Origin: Eledone cirrhosa
Taxonomy: Eukaryota
Direction: 5' to 3'
DNA: 64,000 bases
Assembly: GCA_964016885.1 (NCBI GenBank)
Contig: OZ024761.1
Coordinates: 9,114,001 to 9,178,000 of the forward strand
In this document: positions 29,381 to 42,184 of the stretch, piece after piece
Numbering within the stretch: position 1 is the first letter of the stretch
How the letters are laid out: every line of letters begins with the position of its first letter
Notes under the pieces: model-generated
What the model was told of the DNA's origin: nothing
Database searches by the model: none
Seen by the model: only the letters and a program-made list of their open reading frames with translations
Position numbers and translations under genes: made by a program

Positions 29381-29584
29381 GGAAAAAGTATGACCCCGAC
29401 GGCAGAGCTCAAGACATTTCAACGGCTATTTCTTGACTAAATTTAGTCCAGAAATAGCCGTCGAAACGGCTTGAGCTCTGCCGTCGGGGTCATACTTTTT
29501 CCTATTTCCCACTCTACTACCCTAAGTATTGAGTACTCTGGTGCGTTATGGTCCACCTGGTTCCTTACCACAATTCCTTCGTTA
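29380..29584. mobile_element. Family F1 fold-back
   Basis: Centre gactaaatttagtc; half-hammerhead GAAA at 29463, GTC ending at 29485. Confidence 0.8.
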
Positions 29585-29752
29585 TATATATATATATATA
29601 TATATATACATACACACACATATATATATATATACACACACACACACATATATATATATACCTAAATATATACATACATATATATATATACTCACACACA
29701 CACACATATATCTATATATACACACATATATACACTTAAATATATACATATA

Positions 29753-29842
<90 letters not shown>

Positions 29843-29845
<3 letters not shown>

Positions 29846-30688
29846 TGGTTGTCCATCGTAAACGATGACAGACATCTTCTTTATTTTAGTTCCCGTCTGC
29901 CGTGGGCACGAAGGTGGCTGTGGAGGCCAATCCTTGACTTGCAGGTCCGGGGACAGTGGGGGCAGGGGAAGAAACCGGAGTCAGACTGGCAACTCCCAGA
30001 GGTTACCTCCACCTGTTACTTCCGCTTCTTGCCTATCGCCGCTGGGCTTTGGGAGTGCACGCCAAAGAAGAAACCTGTGCGAGAAAGGTTTATATTTGGA
30101 GGGCCAGTGCACAGTGATGGTCCCACTTACTCGGCCGCAGAAGCCAGAATCCGGTGGTACGGAGGACCGTCACGACTAGGGACTTCCTTGGCTGCAGTGG
30201 ATGGCCTTGCCGTGCCCTAGGGCTCCACACCGCTTGCTGTCGCCGCCTTTGTGACCGTTGGGACGATGTTGTCCACCTCCACTCACTCTGCCGGGTCCAG
30301 TCTTCGCATGCAAAGGCAGGCATCCCCTATCTAACTCACCGGGGGGTTTCAGACCCGTCCGGCTACCCTCAACCTGGTTCGGTCCGCCAGCCAAGGCGGT
30401 TTACCGGGGTGTGGCCGCTGTCGCATGCTACAGCTTCTTGGGGCCACAGGTGAGAGCTGAGTGTCAGGTGGGACCCAATGCAGGACGAGCTGTCCTGAAA
30501 AGAGCAGGGCTAGACCCCCCCCCCCTACAGAGGTACATGCCACTCCCTAACACCCCAACAGGGTGTCCAAAATCACACTCCTCACCAAGTAAACTTGGTG
30601 GTGTTGCCAGTTTAGTCGCCGACGACCCGACCATGTGACAGGTTGTACTGGTTTACATGTTACCAGTAGCACTCAAGAGTGACCTGAC
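29843..30688 (-). mobile_element. RTE (BovB-like) internally deleted derivative
   Basis: Minus strand ~29902-29964 encodes [21 protein letters not shown] (C-terminal C2H2 typical of RTE/BovB-type ORFs); the rest is GC-rich with no recognisable RT; (TA)n flanks. Confidence 0.7.
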
Positions 30689-30720
30689 ATATATATATAT
30701 ATATATATATACATATATAT

Positions 30721-31539
30721 ATAACACATAAACATTTTCCACCAAACCACAGCTACCACCAAATATTTAACAGGTATACTGTTAAATTCTCATACTCTAC
30801 ATCAAACAATCTCCAGCAAAAAGTAAGCAACTACAACATTTATAAATTTAAAAATAATATGACCACACCACCACAACATAATTTAAATAGGACTGCACCT
30901 TTTAAAAGGACATAATACAATCCTTCAACCTGGAAAACACAACCACCCAAATCACCAACACAAAAACAACATCACACAAAATCACAATACAACCCTAGCA
31001 CTAAACCACCCACAAAGCAGCATTCATTCTCTCGCTAACATTAATTACAATAAGAGTAGCTCAATGATTAATGAGAAGTATGTAGGTACCTCCAACAACC
31101 ATCTTACGTATGGTTTTAATTGCAGAAATAGAAGCGTTTGCCCCTTAAATGGCAACTGTTTGATTAATACTGTAATATATAAATGCATTGTGTCTACTAC
31201 AGACTCCAACAAAACATATATAGGATCTACATCAATACATTTAAGAAAAGATATTACGCACACCCTAGTAGTTTTAACAATACTAAACTAGCTAACACCA
31301 CATCTTTAGCTGAAGCAGTAAATAACTATAAAAAGAAAAAAATAGATTTCAAGCTATCGTGGAACACCATTCTACAAAGAACTCCATATCTTGGGAACAG
31401 GAGAGAATGCAGGTTATGTACCGGGGAGATCTTGGAAATTACTAAATCTAAGGACGATTTATTGAATAAAAGACAGGAACTGATTATAGCTTGTAATCAC
31501 CGTATACGAAAAACATTTAAGTACTATAAACCTAATTAA
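30721..31539 (+). pseudogene. Penelope-like element (Naiad-type) linker plus GIY-YIG endonuclease, frameshifted
   Basis: KHFPPNHSYHQIFNRYTVKFSYS; NCRNRSVCPLNGNCL..VIYKC..KTYIGST; FKKRY..H.SSF; CRLC..E; LLNKRQELIIACNH. Confidence 0.88.
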
Positions 31540-32589
31540 ATATTCTAAATAGCAACTCACTATAATTGTATGTAGCGTAACATTTGTTAGTATCCTCTTC
31601 CCCTAATTATACGCCTTCCTGCTTATTTTTTAATTTTTAACCTTTTAATTTTTTAACTTTCATAGATTCATGCGTTACTGACTAAGGGCACCAAGGTACA
31701 TAACCGCCTGTAATTGCATGGGTATACATGTATCTATGTATGTATGTTATGAGAATATATATATATATGTGTATATATATATATGTGTGTATATGTGTAT
31801 GTACATGTATGTGTGTGTACATATATATATGTATGTATAAGTGTGTATATATATATATGTATGTTTGTGTGCGCGTATGTATATGTATGTATATGTTTAT
31901 ATCTATGTATGCATATGTATGTTTTTAATGGAGTATCAATATAATTATACCTCTATCTATAATGTGAGTATATGCACTTTGTGACCTATGAAAATTATGC
32001 GTTTTGACTATGTCAACATGCATTTATCTGAGTTTAATTACTTATACATAGACACACTTGAAAATATTTACTATTTTATATTTTATGATGCATCATACAC
32101 TATATTCAATCTACTATACCGTACTATAATATATTACACTATATTATATTATTATATTATTATATTTTATTATCTTATTATAATTTTCATCTTTTAATAT
32201 ACTATCCTTCCTAGTTATGACTATTACTTTACCTATCTATATTTATCCTAATTATCTCTGTATATTTTATATTTACTTATTTATATTCACATAAAAATTC
32301 CATACAACACAACTCAACATTTAATTTTTACATTCCTTTTTAAACTTCACTCCACCATCTACATTCAACTATCAATATAACAATACCTTTTTCCTCATAG
32401 GTTCTTTATAGTAATTCTATTTTTAGCACCATTCAACCATTCCTTTCAAAGGGTCATGACTTCAACTAAAGTGAATTATTTTTCATATTAACATCATATG
32501 GGAAAAAAACAATTTGATTGGTTTATTCTTCAGCTACCTCCAAATAAGGTCATAGTACTCAATTTACTATTGCTTTTGAATAAAATTCT

Positions 32590-32730
32590 CATTGCTTTTG
32601 ACAACGGCTGATGATATACATGTAAGTAAATATAGTCCTTACTGATATTTTGTAACTAACCCAACATAGATCGATAACGAAATATCAGTACGATGTATTA
32701 TTATCACCTAGAAACGATCGTAAAGCAGTG
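32590..32730 (+). ncRNA. Hammerhead in the Naiad 3' region: U3-A8 core (TTGACAA) with a 106-nt stem II
   Basis: cattgctt-TTGACAA-[tgatgat/attatca, atacat/atgtat, tactgatattt/aaatatcagta]-GAAA-cgatcg-TA-aagcagtg. Confidence 0.7.
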
Positions 32731-32896
32731 AAGTATATTTCTAACGACTTGAATTTTTATTTCATTGTTTTATCTTAAACATATATATATATACATACAC
32801 ACACATATATATACATACATAGACAGACACATATACATATACATTTATATATATATATACATATATTTATATATATACATATATACTTTTATATAT

Positions 32897-32933
<37 letters not shown>

Positions 32934-33036
32934 GATATATATATATATTTATATACATATAAACATATTTATATACATATACATCTGTATATGTATATAT
33001 ATACACACACACGCATATATATATATATACATTTAT

Positions 33037-33084
<48 letters not shown>

Positions 33085-33289
33085 GCATACCGCCCATGGA
33101 AGCATCCAAACAACCTTACCACAAATATATATATATACACATATTGTATTTTTTCTATTTTCTTTATTAATTTCTCTATTTAGATATTGTTAAGACATTA
33201 AAATTATGTAATGTAATATTGAAATACCATTTAGCATAATTTATTTTAAGGAAAACGGGCAATTACGAAAGATATCAGGGGATTAAGTG

Positions 33290-33780
33290 TGAAGTGTCCG
33301 AATTCTAATTGAAAATGCATTAGGAAATCGAACATTTGAGACTTAATGGTTTAAGGTATCAACTTCAATAGTCAACTTCAATTTCGTCATCAACAATTTA
33401 TATTTCGTCACCGTCAACGGAATTTCGTTATCATCAACTTAAATTACGTCATTAAGTTTGCCTGTCCGATTTCTAATAGAAAATGCATTACAAAACCGGA
33501 CGACTTAATAGTAGATGTCCGATTTTGTAATGTATTTTCCATTAACAATCACACATTTGAGACTTAATGATCCAAGGATATCGCCAGCTTCAATTTCGTC
33601 ATCAACAATATCAATTTCATTATCGTAATTCTCAGCTTCATTATCGTCAACTTCAATTACGTCATTAAGTCTGCCTGTAAGATTTTTAATGGTAAATGTA
33701 TTACAAAATCGTACATCTATTATTAAGTCGTCCGATTTTGTAAAGCATTTACAATTAAAAATCGGACATTTGAGACTAAA
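33290..33780. repeat. Array of ~40-bp palindromic modules (GTCCGATT...AATCGGAC) in ~220-bp degenerate units
   Basis: Five to six modules; atttgagact recurs at ~33334, 33555 and 33768. Confidence 0.65.
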
Positions 33781-33801
33781 TTTTCAACAAAACTTGGCTG
33801 A

Positions 33802-33848
<47 letters not shown>

Positions 33849-33866
33849 CACAACATATACATATAC

Positions 33867-33942
<76 letters not shown>

Positions 33943-34089
33943 TGTACATTTTACCTGTATGTAGGAAATATTTACAAGTTGTTGCATGCAGTTGTCCTGG
34001 CTAATTACACACAATTAGAGTCACGCAATTCAAAATGGATGCCACGTCCGAGATAATTAAAAGATGCAATCAATTACCATCGCAAGGTG

Positions 34090-34137
<48 letters not shown>

Positions 34138-34351
34138 CCCCACACACACACGCACACACACACACACTTCTTTTTGTTAAGGTAAAAGATTTCAAAGCAA
34201 GTAAAATAAAAATCTAGGTTAAATTATTTTCTACGACAATAATTGATCTTGCTGAATAGATTTTGTGTTTTCATTTTTTGTGGGTTCTTGCAGACGCAAC
34301 CCACATTTTACTGTTGATTAAATCGAATCGCCAGTATTTTACTGGTATTAT

Positions 34352-34530
34352 ATGGTGGATTGGCAGTATCGGTAGAGGGTCGGACGCCATGCTTTGAAGC
34401 ATAGAGTTACGGCCCTTTCCATTCTGAGTTCATGGTTAACTTTGCCTTTCATCTTTATGTGGTCGATAAAATAAAGTACCAGTAATACACTGGGGTATTT
34501 GCTGGCCTTGTGCCAAAAGTAGAAACAATT
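34352..34530 (+). mobile_element. Meta/MESC-core tRNA SINE
   Basis: tggcagtatcggtagag (A-box-like)...gtcgataaaataaagtaccag. Confidence 0.75.
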
Positions 34531-34714
34531 ATATTTTGTCTCCGGAAGAAATATATTCATAGAGTCGTGAATATATAGGAGCAAATTTCTGCTTGCATTG
34601 TATTGTATTTCTCCAACATTCTATTGTTAATGAAATTGTCCCCTAGTATCTTACTGCTATTTTATTTGAGTGTCGCCGGAAGATTCATATTAGTAAAAAT
34701 GGAGAATCTCTCCT

Positions 34715-34784
<70 letters not shown>

Positions 34785-34785
34785 C

Positions 34786-34927
34786 TCTCTCTGGCCAACA
34801 ACTGGTCCGTTTCTTCCGATATCATTTCGGAAGAAGGATCAGGATGGAGAGAAAGGTGCTGCACCCCAGCCGTTTCTATGAAAGGTGGGTGAAAGTGGCG
34901 AGAATGGCCTGTGTGAATGGGCCTTCA
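34786..34927 (+). mobile_element. Short internal fragment of the L1/Tx1 ORF2 3' end
   Basis: Near-identical to the reverse complement of 9063-9203; joined to (CT)n at ctctctgg. Confidence 0.85.
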
Positions 34928-34979
34928 AACCAGGATAAGTACTGGCTTGATAATCCTTCGCTCTCACGACGTACTTTAA

Positions 34980-35230
34980 TTCTCTGATGGACTGGTGCCT
35001 ATCCAGGGGGAGTCATGTACACTCAATCGTTTCACGCCGTGGAAACCGATATAAGCACCACAGATCTGACAAGGCTGAGGGTTCGAGAGAGACGTTAGAC
35101 ATTTTGTTTTAGACATTTTTTTTAGACATTTTTTTTTAGAAGAGTGAAAGGCGAAGTTGACCTCGGCCGGATTTGAATATAAAGGGACGTAACTAAATAG
35201 TACAAAGCATTTTCTCCAACGATTGTATAA
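34980..35230. mobile_element. V-domain-like SINE core (34980-35090, +) followed by a partial Meta-SINE head (35140-35230, -)
   Basis: gatggactggtgcctatccagggg..cgtttcacgccgtggaaaccg; gaaaggcgaagttgacctcggccggatttgaa. Confidence 0.5.
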
Positions 35231-35391
35231 ACAACAATAGAGATTTTCATTCACACACACACACACACACTCTCTCTCTCTCTTCCTTTCGTCCGTCTTT
35301 CTTTTCGTTTCCTGTATATTTTACAACTCCTCAACCGTTCGCTGTCTCTGTGAACAAATACACTTCCATTAAAAAAAAAGAATGAAAGTAA

Positions 35392-35603
35392 AAGAGAGAG
35401 AGAAGGAAAGAGGGAGAAATAGAGAGAGAGAGAATGAGAGAGAAATAGAGAGAGAGAATGAGAGAAGGAGAGAGAGAGAGAGAGGGAGAAGGAGAGAGAG
35501 AGAGGGAGAAGGAGAGAGAGGGGGGGAGAGAGAGAGAGAGGGGAGAGAAATAGAGAGAAATAGAGAGAGAGAAGGAGAGAGAGAGAAGGGGAGAGAGAGA
35601 GAA

Positions 35604-35650
<47 letters not shown>

Positions 35651-35676
35651 AGGAGAGAGAGAGAAGGAGAGAGAGT

Positions 35677-35729
<53 letters not shown>

Positions 35730-35752
35730 GAGAGAGAGAGGAGAGAGAGAGA

Positions 35753-35808
<56 letters not shown>

Positions 35809-35853
35809 GAGAGAGAGAAGGAGAGAGAGAGAGAGAGAGAGAAGGAGAGAGAG

Positions 35854-35937
<84 letters not shown>

Positions 35938-36333
35938 AAGAAATTCTCTAATTTTAAACACACCAAACAACGGTTTTTGTTTCATCTTATAAAGGAAATA
36001 ATTTGTTTGTTTTCCTACTGAACAACAGCAACAGCAACAGCAACAATAATAACACGAAAGAGGAGTAGGAAGAGGAAGAGAAAGAAAAAGAAAAAGTAGT
36101 AGTAGTAGTAGAAGTAATAGTAGTAGTAGTCGTAGTATTAGTCGTAGTAGTAGTAGTAGTAGTTGTAGTAGTATTAGTCGTAGTAGTTAGTAGTAGTAGT
36201 AGTAGTAGTTAGTAGTAGTAGTAGTAGTAGTCGTAGTAGTAGTAGTAGTAGTTGTAGTGGTATTAGTATTAGTATTAGTAGTAGTAGTAGTCGTAGTTGT
36301 AGTAGCAGCAGTAGTAGTAGTAGTTGTAGCAGC

Positions 36334-36380
<47 letters not shown>
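35392..36380. repeat. (GA)n at 35392-35940 and (TAG)n at 36096-36380
   Basis: Visible. Confidence 0.95.
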
Positions 36381-36629
36381 AAAGCAGCTAAAAAGCTTAT
36401 GCGACAGTGTCGTTTCTGTGAATACTCTTCCGGTTTGTCAATCTATTGTTGTGATATTTCAAATAGAAATTCCTCTACTTTACTGCTTACAAAGACAAAT
36501 TCTTAGACGTGTATTTACTACGTCTTAACTATATAAAGAATCAATTCGAGAAAGACTTCATTGAAGCTTGCATTTTCTATTGTTTTTGTTACTTCAACGT
36601 GCATTTTTCAAACATTTGTAACTTCATTA

Positions 36630-36950
36630 TATAAGATGGGTGAGAGAAGCAAGAATGGCCCGAGTGAATGGGCCTACTCTGAGTATGTGTCTGTAAATTA
36701 AAGGTGGAAAACTGGGAGAGGGCACTTGCCCTGGTGGTCAGGGTCACTGTGGCTATTTAATGGGCTTTCTCCACAAATGTCCCTCCGAAGTCTCCCCCCA
36801 TTGGGGAATTTTTCATTGTTATTTTTATTACATCCTCTGTTTTTGTTTATTTTACACGCATAAATGCCCTTTTGTACCGTCCTGTATTGTCCTGTACTGT
36901 CCTTAATGTCTACTGTGTGTAAACCCTTGTGGTTAATAAAGAAAGCATTA
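36630..36950 (+). mobile_element. 3' end of a third L1/Tx1 family
   Basis: Encodes RWVREARMARVNGPTLSMCL* (cf. RWVNVARMARVSGPTLIMRL*), then 3' UTR ending aataaagaaag. Confidence 0.85.
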
Positions 36951-36958
36951 TATAAGAC

Positions 36959-37036
36959 GCTGCCTGAAGAGAGCGTGGCAGAGGCTACTACGTTGTATTG
37001 CGTAGCCAATATCGTCCTCGAAATATCTATCATGGC
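36959..37036 (+). ncRNA. Candidate hammerhead (degenerate stem I)
   Basis: gctgc-CTGAAGA-gag..ggctac/gtagcc..ctc-GAAA-tatcta-TC-atggc. Confidence 0.5.
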
Positions 37037-37288
37037 CTTATCAAAAAAGGACTTTATCATCTAAACTTTGTATTTTCTTATTCTATAAATACTCCGTCAC
37101 TCCTGTGTGGAAAATGCACGTTGAGTCCTTGATCTGAATTACATAAAAGTTTTTACAATATACAAACATACATGCATCATATATATAAAAGAGATGTCAA
37201 CATGGATGGACCTGTTATTTTTATCTAAAGACATTTTTTCCAATTCCAGCCCGCCCGTCCCTTCAATCTATCTTATTTCTCATTCTTT

Positions 37289-37322
37289 CTTCTGATGACG
37301 GACTAGCGTCCGAAACGTTAAG
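37289..37322 (+). ncRNA. Minimal PLE-type hammerhead
   Basis: ctt-CTGATGA-c-ggac/tagc/gtcc-GAAA-cg-TT-aag; palindromic ACGT stem III. Confidence 0.75.
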
Positions 37323-37437
37323 CCCCTCTTCCTGCTATATCAAGCGTTAACCTAATATATCCCTTCCATATACTGTACCGATTGTGTTGTTATTTCTGTT
37401 TACCTTTTACATACATACATACATATATATATATATA

Positions 37438-37840
37438 GTTCGTTTCTGAATTTGTTTAGCAAGATTCTTTATCTGAAAACGTGTGTTGAAACCGATATTG
37501 TTATACTTTGGGAGGGTCATGTTGCCAATAAGAAACACACGCACCAGTTGCTTTCACACACCAGTTGTGTTCACACACAAAAACAAGATGGCGTAGACAG
37601 AACAAAGGAGGGGCACAAAATAAAGAAAAGAATCCCCAGTCACTGAAGAGGTCACAGAATGTCTGACGAAAGAACTTTGACAATATATGAACAACCGTCC
37701 GGTTGTGGAACCAACCAACCAACCAACCGGAAATTTATAAAGTTTTAAATTTATAATTTAATTTATAATAAATTGGAGTGAAATCAACTTGTGCGTGTGT
37801 TTCTTATTGGCAACATGACCCTCCCAAAGCATAACAATAC
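37438..37840. mobile_element. Family F5 head-to-head insertion with hammerhead at 37638-37682 (+)
   Basis: agtca-CTGAAGA-ggtcacagaatgtctgac-GAAA-gaac-TT-tgac; inverted tail 37438-37557. Confidence 0.85.
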
Positions 37841-37878
<38 letters not shown>

Positions 37879-37959
37879 GAGATAAGCGGAGCAAGCAAGA
37901 TTCAAACAATTTTTTAAAATAAATTAAAAAATATAATTTAAATATTTACCTATTCCAAT

Positions 37960-38043
37960 TGCTTTTACCGAACGGTTTCACTTCACAAAAGATTGGAGAT
38001 CCCTAGGGACTTCCAATGGAAAAGTTTAGGTCATCAGAAAGCA
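37960..38043 (-). ncRNA. Type I hammerhead ribozyme with long stem II
   Basis: tgcttt-CTGATGA-..attggaagtccc/ta/gggatctccaat..-GAAA-ccgttcgg-TA-aaagca. Confidence 0.85.
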
Positions 38044-38150
38044 TTTTCCTTTCCTAGGAGAAAAAGTCCCAGGAACGGCAAAATATATTGCCATCTGCCA
38101 GCTAGCAGAGGATCGAATGTAGAAATGGCAGAGGATCGAATGTAGAAATG

Positions 38151-38199
38151 GCTTCTACAGGTCTAGCACTGTTTCATTCGGGAGAAATCATCAGGAAGA
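38151..38199 (-). ncRNA. Type I hammerhead ribozyme (F4-related)
   Basis: cttc-CTGATGA-tttctcccgaat-GAAA-cagtgctagacctg-TA-gaag. Confidence 0.8.
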
Positions 38200-38371
38200 C
38201 GACTGTCAAAGTAATGTGGAGGTATTTATACCTTTTCTGGTGGTAGGAGAAGGTGGGGATTGGGATGGGTGGGGGTCATTGATTGATGGGTTTAAAGAAA
38301 AGGGAATTCTTTAAAAACTATATTTAGAGAACAAAGGCAGAAAATATTCAAGGTATGTGTCTATAGACAGG

Positions 38372-38423
<52 letters not shown>

Positions 38424-38426
<3 letters not shown>

Positions 38427-38585
38427 CAAAGAAGGTACTCGATACTTAGTGTAGTAGAGTGGGTAATAGGAAAAGAGTCAGGACCCCAACGGCTGAGCTT
38501 CGGCCGTTTCCACAGCTAGATCCGAACAGTTCGGATATAGCTGTTGAAACGGCCGGAGCTCAGCCGTCGGGGTCCTGATTCTTTT

Positions 38586-38589
<4 letters not shown>
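38424..38589. mobile_element. Family F1 fold-back (diverged subfamily)
   Basis: Centre atccgaac-a-gttcggat; GAAAcggc..gccgTC-ggggtc. Confidence 0.75.
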
Positions 38590-38652
<63 letters not shown>

Positions 38653-38671
38653 ATGTATACATATGTGTGTG

Positions 38672-38705
<34 letters not shown>

Positions 38706-38738
38706 CGTATGTATACATATGTGTGTATATATATATAT

Positions 38739-38800
<62 letters not shown>

Positions 38801-38851
38801 GTGTGTGTGTGTATGTATACATATGTGTGTATATATATATATATTTTTATA

Positions 38852-38908
<57 letters not shown>

Positions 38909-38919
38909 ATGTATACATG

Positions 38920-39017
<98 letters not shown>

Positions 39018-39399
39018 TATATATATAATTATATATATAATTATATATATACACATATATTTATATATATATGTAATTATATATACATATATATTTATAT
39101 ATATATAATTATAATTATATATATATATAAATCCATTATTGGTTTTCATTCTACGAACAATTATTTAATTTCCTAAAGGTGATGGTCTGTATTTTTAAAA
39201 AAGACTCAACTCAATGGTTCTAAGACAGCAACTGAAACCAGCGCCATGCAGTGTATTCTGCCTGAAGCTCTATATGATGGAAAAAGAATTTCCGTGTTTC
39301 GAAAAAATATTGCATTTTATATAGTTTGGTACTTAGGAAACCTTTTTATAATGCAATCTTTTGGAAACACGGAAATTATCTTTATACATATATATGTAT

Positions 39400-39503
<104 letters not shown>

Positions 39504-39743
39504 GTATATATATATATAAATGTATATATATATATATAAATGTATATATATATATATATAAATGTATATATATATATATATAAATGTATATATATATATA
39601 TAAATGTATATATATATATATAAATGTATATATATATATATAAATGTATATATATATATAAATGTATATATATATATATATAAATGTATATATATATATA
39701 TAAATGTATATATATATATATAAATGTATATATATATATATAA

Positions 39744-39785
<42 letters not shown>

Positions 39786-39789
39786 GTAT

Positions 39790-40026
<237 letters not shown>

Positions 40027-40255
40027 ATGCGTTGAGGTTGGGTTCATCTCTCTCTCCACCCACACAAACGGACACACACACATATATATATACATACATA
40101 TGTGTATATATATATATAAATATATACATATATATATATATACATATATACATATGTATATATATATATATGCATATATACATATGCATATATATATATA
40201 TGCATATATATATATATATATATGCATATATACATATGTATATATATATATATGC

Positions 40256-40306
<51 letters not shown>

Positions 40307-40638
40307 TATGCGTATATTTTGTTTTTACATACCTGGAAAAAAGTACGTGACCCATTAACAAAATATACGTATTTTTTGGCTGTGCTTTACCAGGTCGAAT
40401 CCATGAAACCAATATATGAATGATGCTGTGTTTCTATATCATTATGTATTTATATCATTATATATCTATATCATTATATATCTATATCATTGTATATCTA
40501 TATATCTCAAAAGATACTATATATGATCTATCGTATATAATTGGTTGATGTATCAGACCTGCAAAATGCATTAAAACTATATTTTTCTTAATGGGGCACG
40601 AATTTTTCTAAACTTGTGCAAAAATAAAACAAAAAATA

Positions 40639-40694
<56 letters not shown>

Positions 40695-40699
<5 letters not shown>

Positions 40700-40938
40700 T
40701 TGTTAAACAATATTCAATGATTATGTTAAAGAATGAGTTTTACAGAAGATTGGAAGCACTCAACGGAAAAAATTTTCTGGTGTTATTAATATTAAAATAT
40801 AAGTATTAATAAAATAGATGTTCTTTTGATAAATTACATTTTATTATACATATTTCGGATGTACAACAGTACGCCCTCCGAAATATGTATAATAAAATGT
40901 AATTGATCAAAAGAACATCTATTTTATTAATACTTATA

Positions 40939-40946
<8 letters not shown>
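40695..40946. mobile_element. Family F3 fold-back turning at HHR stem II (CTGATGA lost)
   Basis: tttc-ggatgtac-aaca-gtacgccc-tcc-gaaa; homologous to 6053-6430. Confidence 0.85.
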
Positions 40947-40984
<38 letters not shown>

Positions 40985-41385
40985 TATTAATGTATATATA
41001 TACATAAATATATACATATATATATATATATATAGAATTCACAAGAATCAAAGCTATGTTCAAAGCATTTATTCACTTACAATTGTTTCATCCAAATCTA
41101 GGCTTAGAGTCTTCATGAGCATTTTTCAATGTTTGTACATATAATTCACCTCCTATCCAATGCAAGAGACATACAGATACATATATATATATTGATGTAC
41201 AGTGGAGTGACATATATTATACTATACTATATTTGTACAGCAGTTCAAATTCAAAACCATTGAGCTATTTATCTTACTGGTAATAAGGTAGTAATAAATT
41301 ACTGACCTTCCCTGTTTATGGTTTAAAATATACATAATTATAAAAAGTTTAAAATATACATAACTATAAATAGTATCCTTAATAT

Positions 41386-41435
<50 letters not shown>

Positions 41436-41437
<2 letters not shown>

Positions 41438-41670
41438 AGAATGAGGTTAGCTGGACATGGTCACCGACATCCAGAGTTGACATTGCACTCAGTTGCTCCT
41501 GTGGGAGCCCCTACATGGACACACTGGAAGAGGAAGAGGTTAACGTATGTTGATGCCCTAAGGACAGACACTGGTCTGTTGGAGACGCAGGACATGGCAG
41601 CGATAATGAGGGACAGAGACCGCTGGAGAGAACTCGTCCATGGATCTCGGGAATTTTACCCGCCCTAGAG
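41436..41670 (+). pseudogene. 3' terminal fragment of an RTE-X-like LINE ORF
   Basis: RMRLAGHGHRHPEL / LLWEPLHG / LTYVDALRTDTGL..M..MRDRDRWR; (TA)n flanks. Confidence 0.75.
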
Positions 41671-41679
41671 ATATATATA

Positions 41680-41745
<66 letters not shown>

Positions 41746-41748
<3 letters not shown>

Positions 41749-41935
41749 AACCAGTAAGACCCCGACAGCTGAGCTCAAGCCGTTTCGACGGCTAATTCTG
41801 TCCAGAATTAGCCGTCGAAACGGCTTGAGCTCAGCTGTCGGGGTCTTACTGGTTCCTATTACCCACTCTACTACCTCAAGTATTGAGTACTTTGGTGCGT
41901 TATGGTCCACCTGGTTCCTTACCACATTTCCTTCG

Positions 41936-41938
<3 letters not shown>
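41746..41938. mobile_element. Family F1 fold-back
   Basis: Arms centred on aattctg-tc-cagaatt. Confidence 0.8.
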
Positions 41939-41988
<50 letters not shown>

Positions 41989-42119
41989 GAGGTTATATTT
42001 AAGTTGTTGGGATACAACAAGCTAAAATATTTTTATAACTGATATAAAGCACTCAACAAATTATTGGAGTAAATATTCAATATATTAACAAATGAAAATT
42101 ATATTTATAAAACCATATT

Positions 42120-42184
42120 TATTTCATTATACATATTTCAAGGGCCACCAAGGCAGATTATGGTGCGCTTTCATCAGATAAATA
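42120..42184 (-). ncRNA. Type I hammerhead (F2) in element 41986-42250
   Basis: CTGATGA-aagcgcacca..tggtggccctt-GAAA-tatgta-TA-atgaaat. Confidence 0.8.

Noticed and set aside
41074-41120. Hammerhead-like motif on - (ATGAAGA..GAAAcaattgTA)
   Set aside because: Core altered and stem I weak; possibly a decayed HHR but not supportable.
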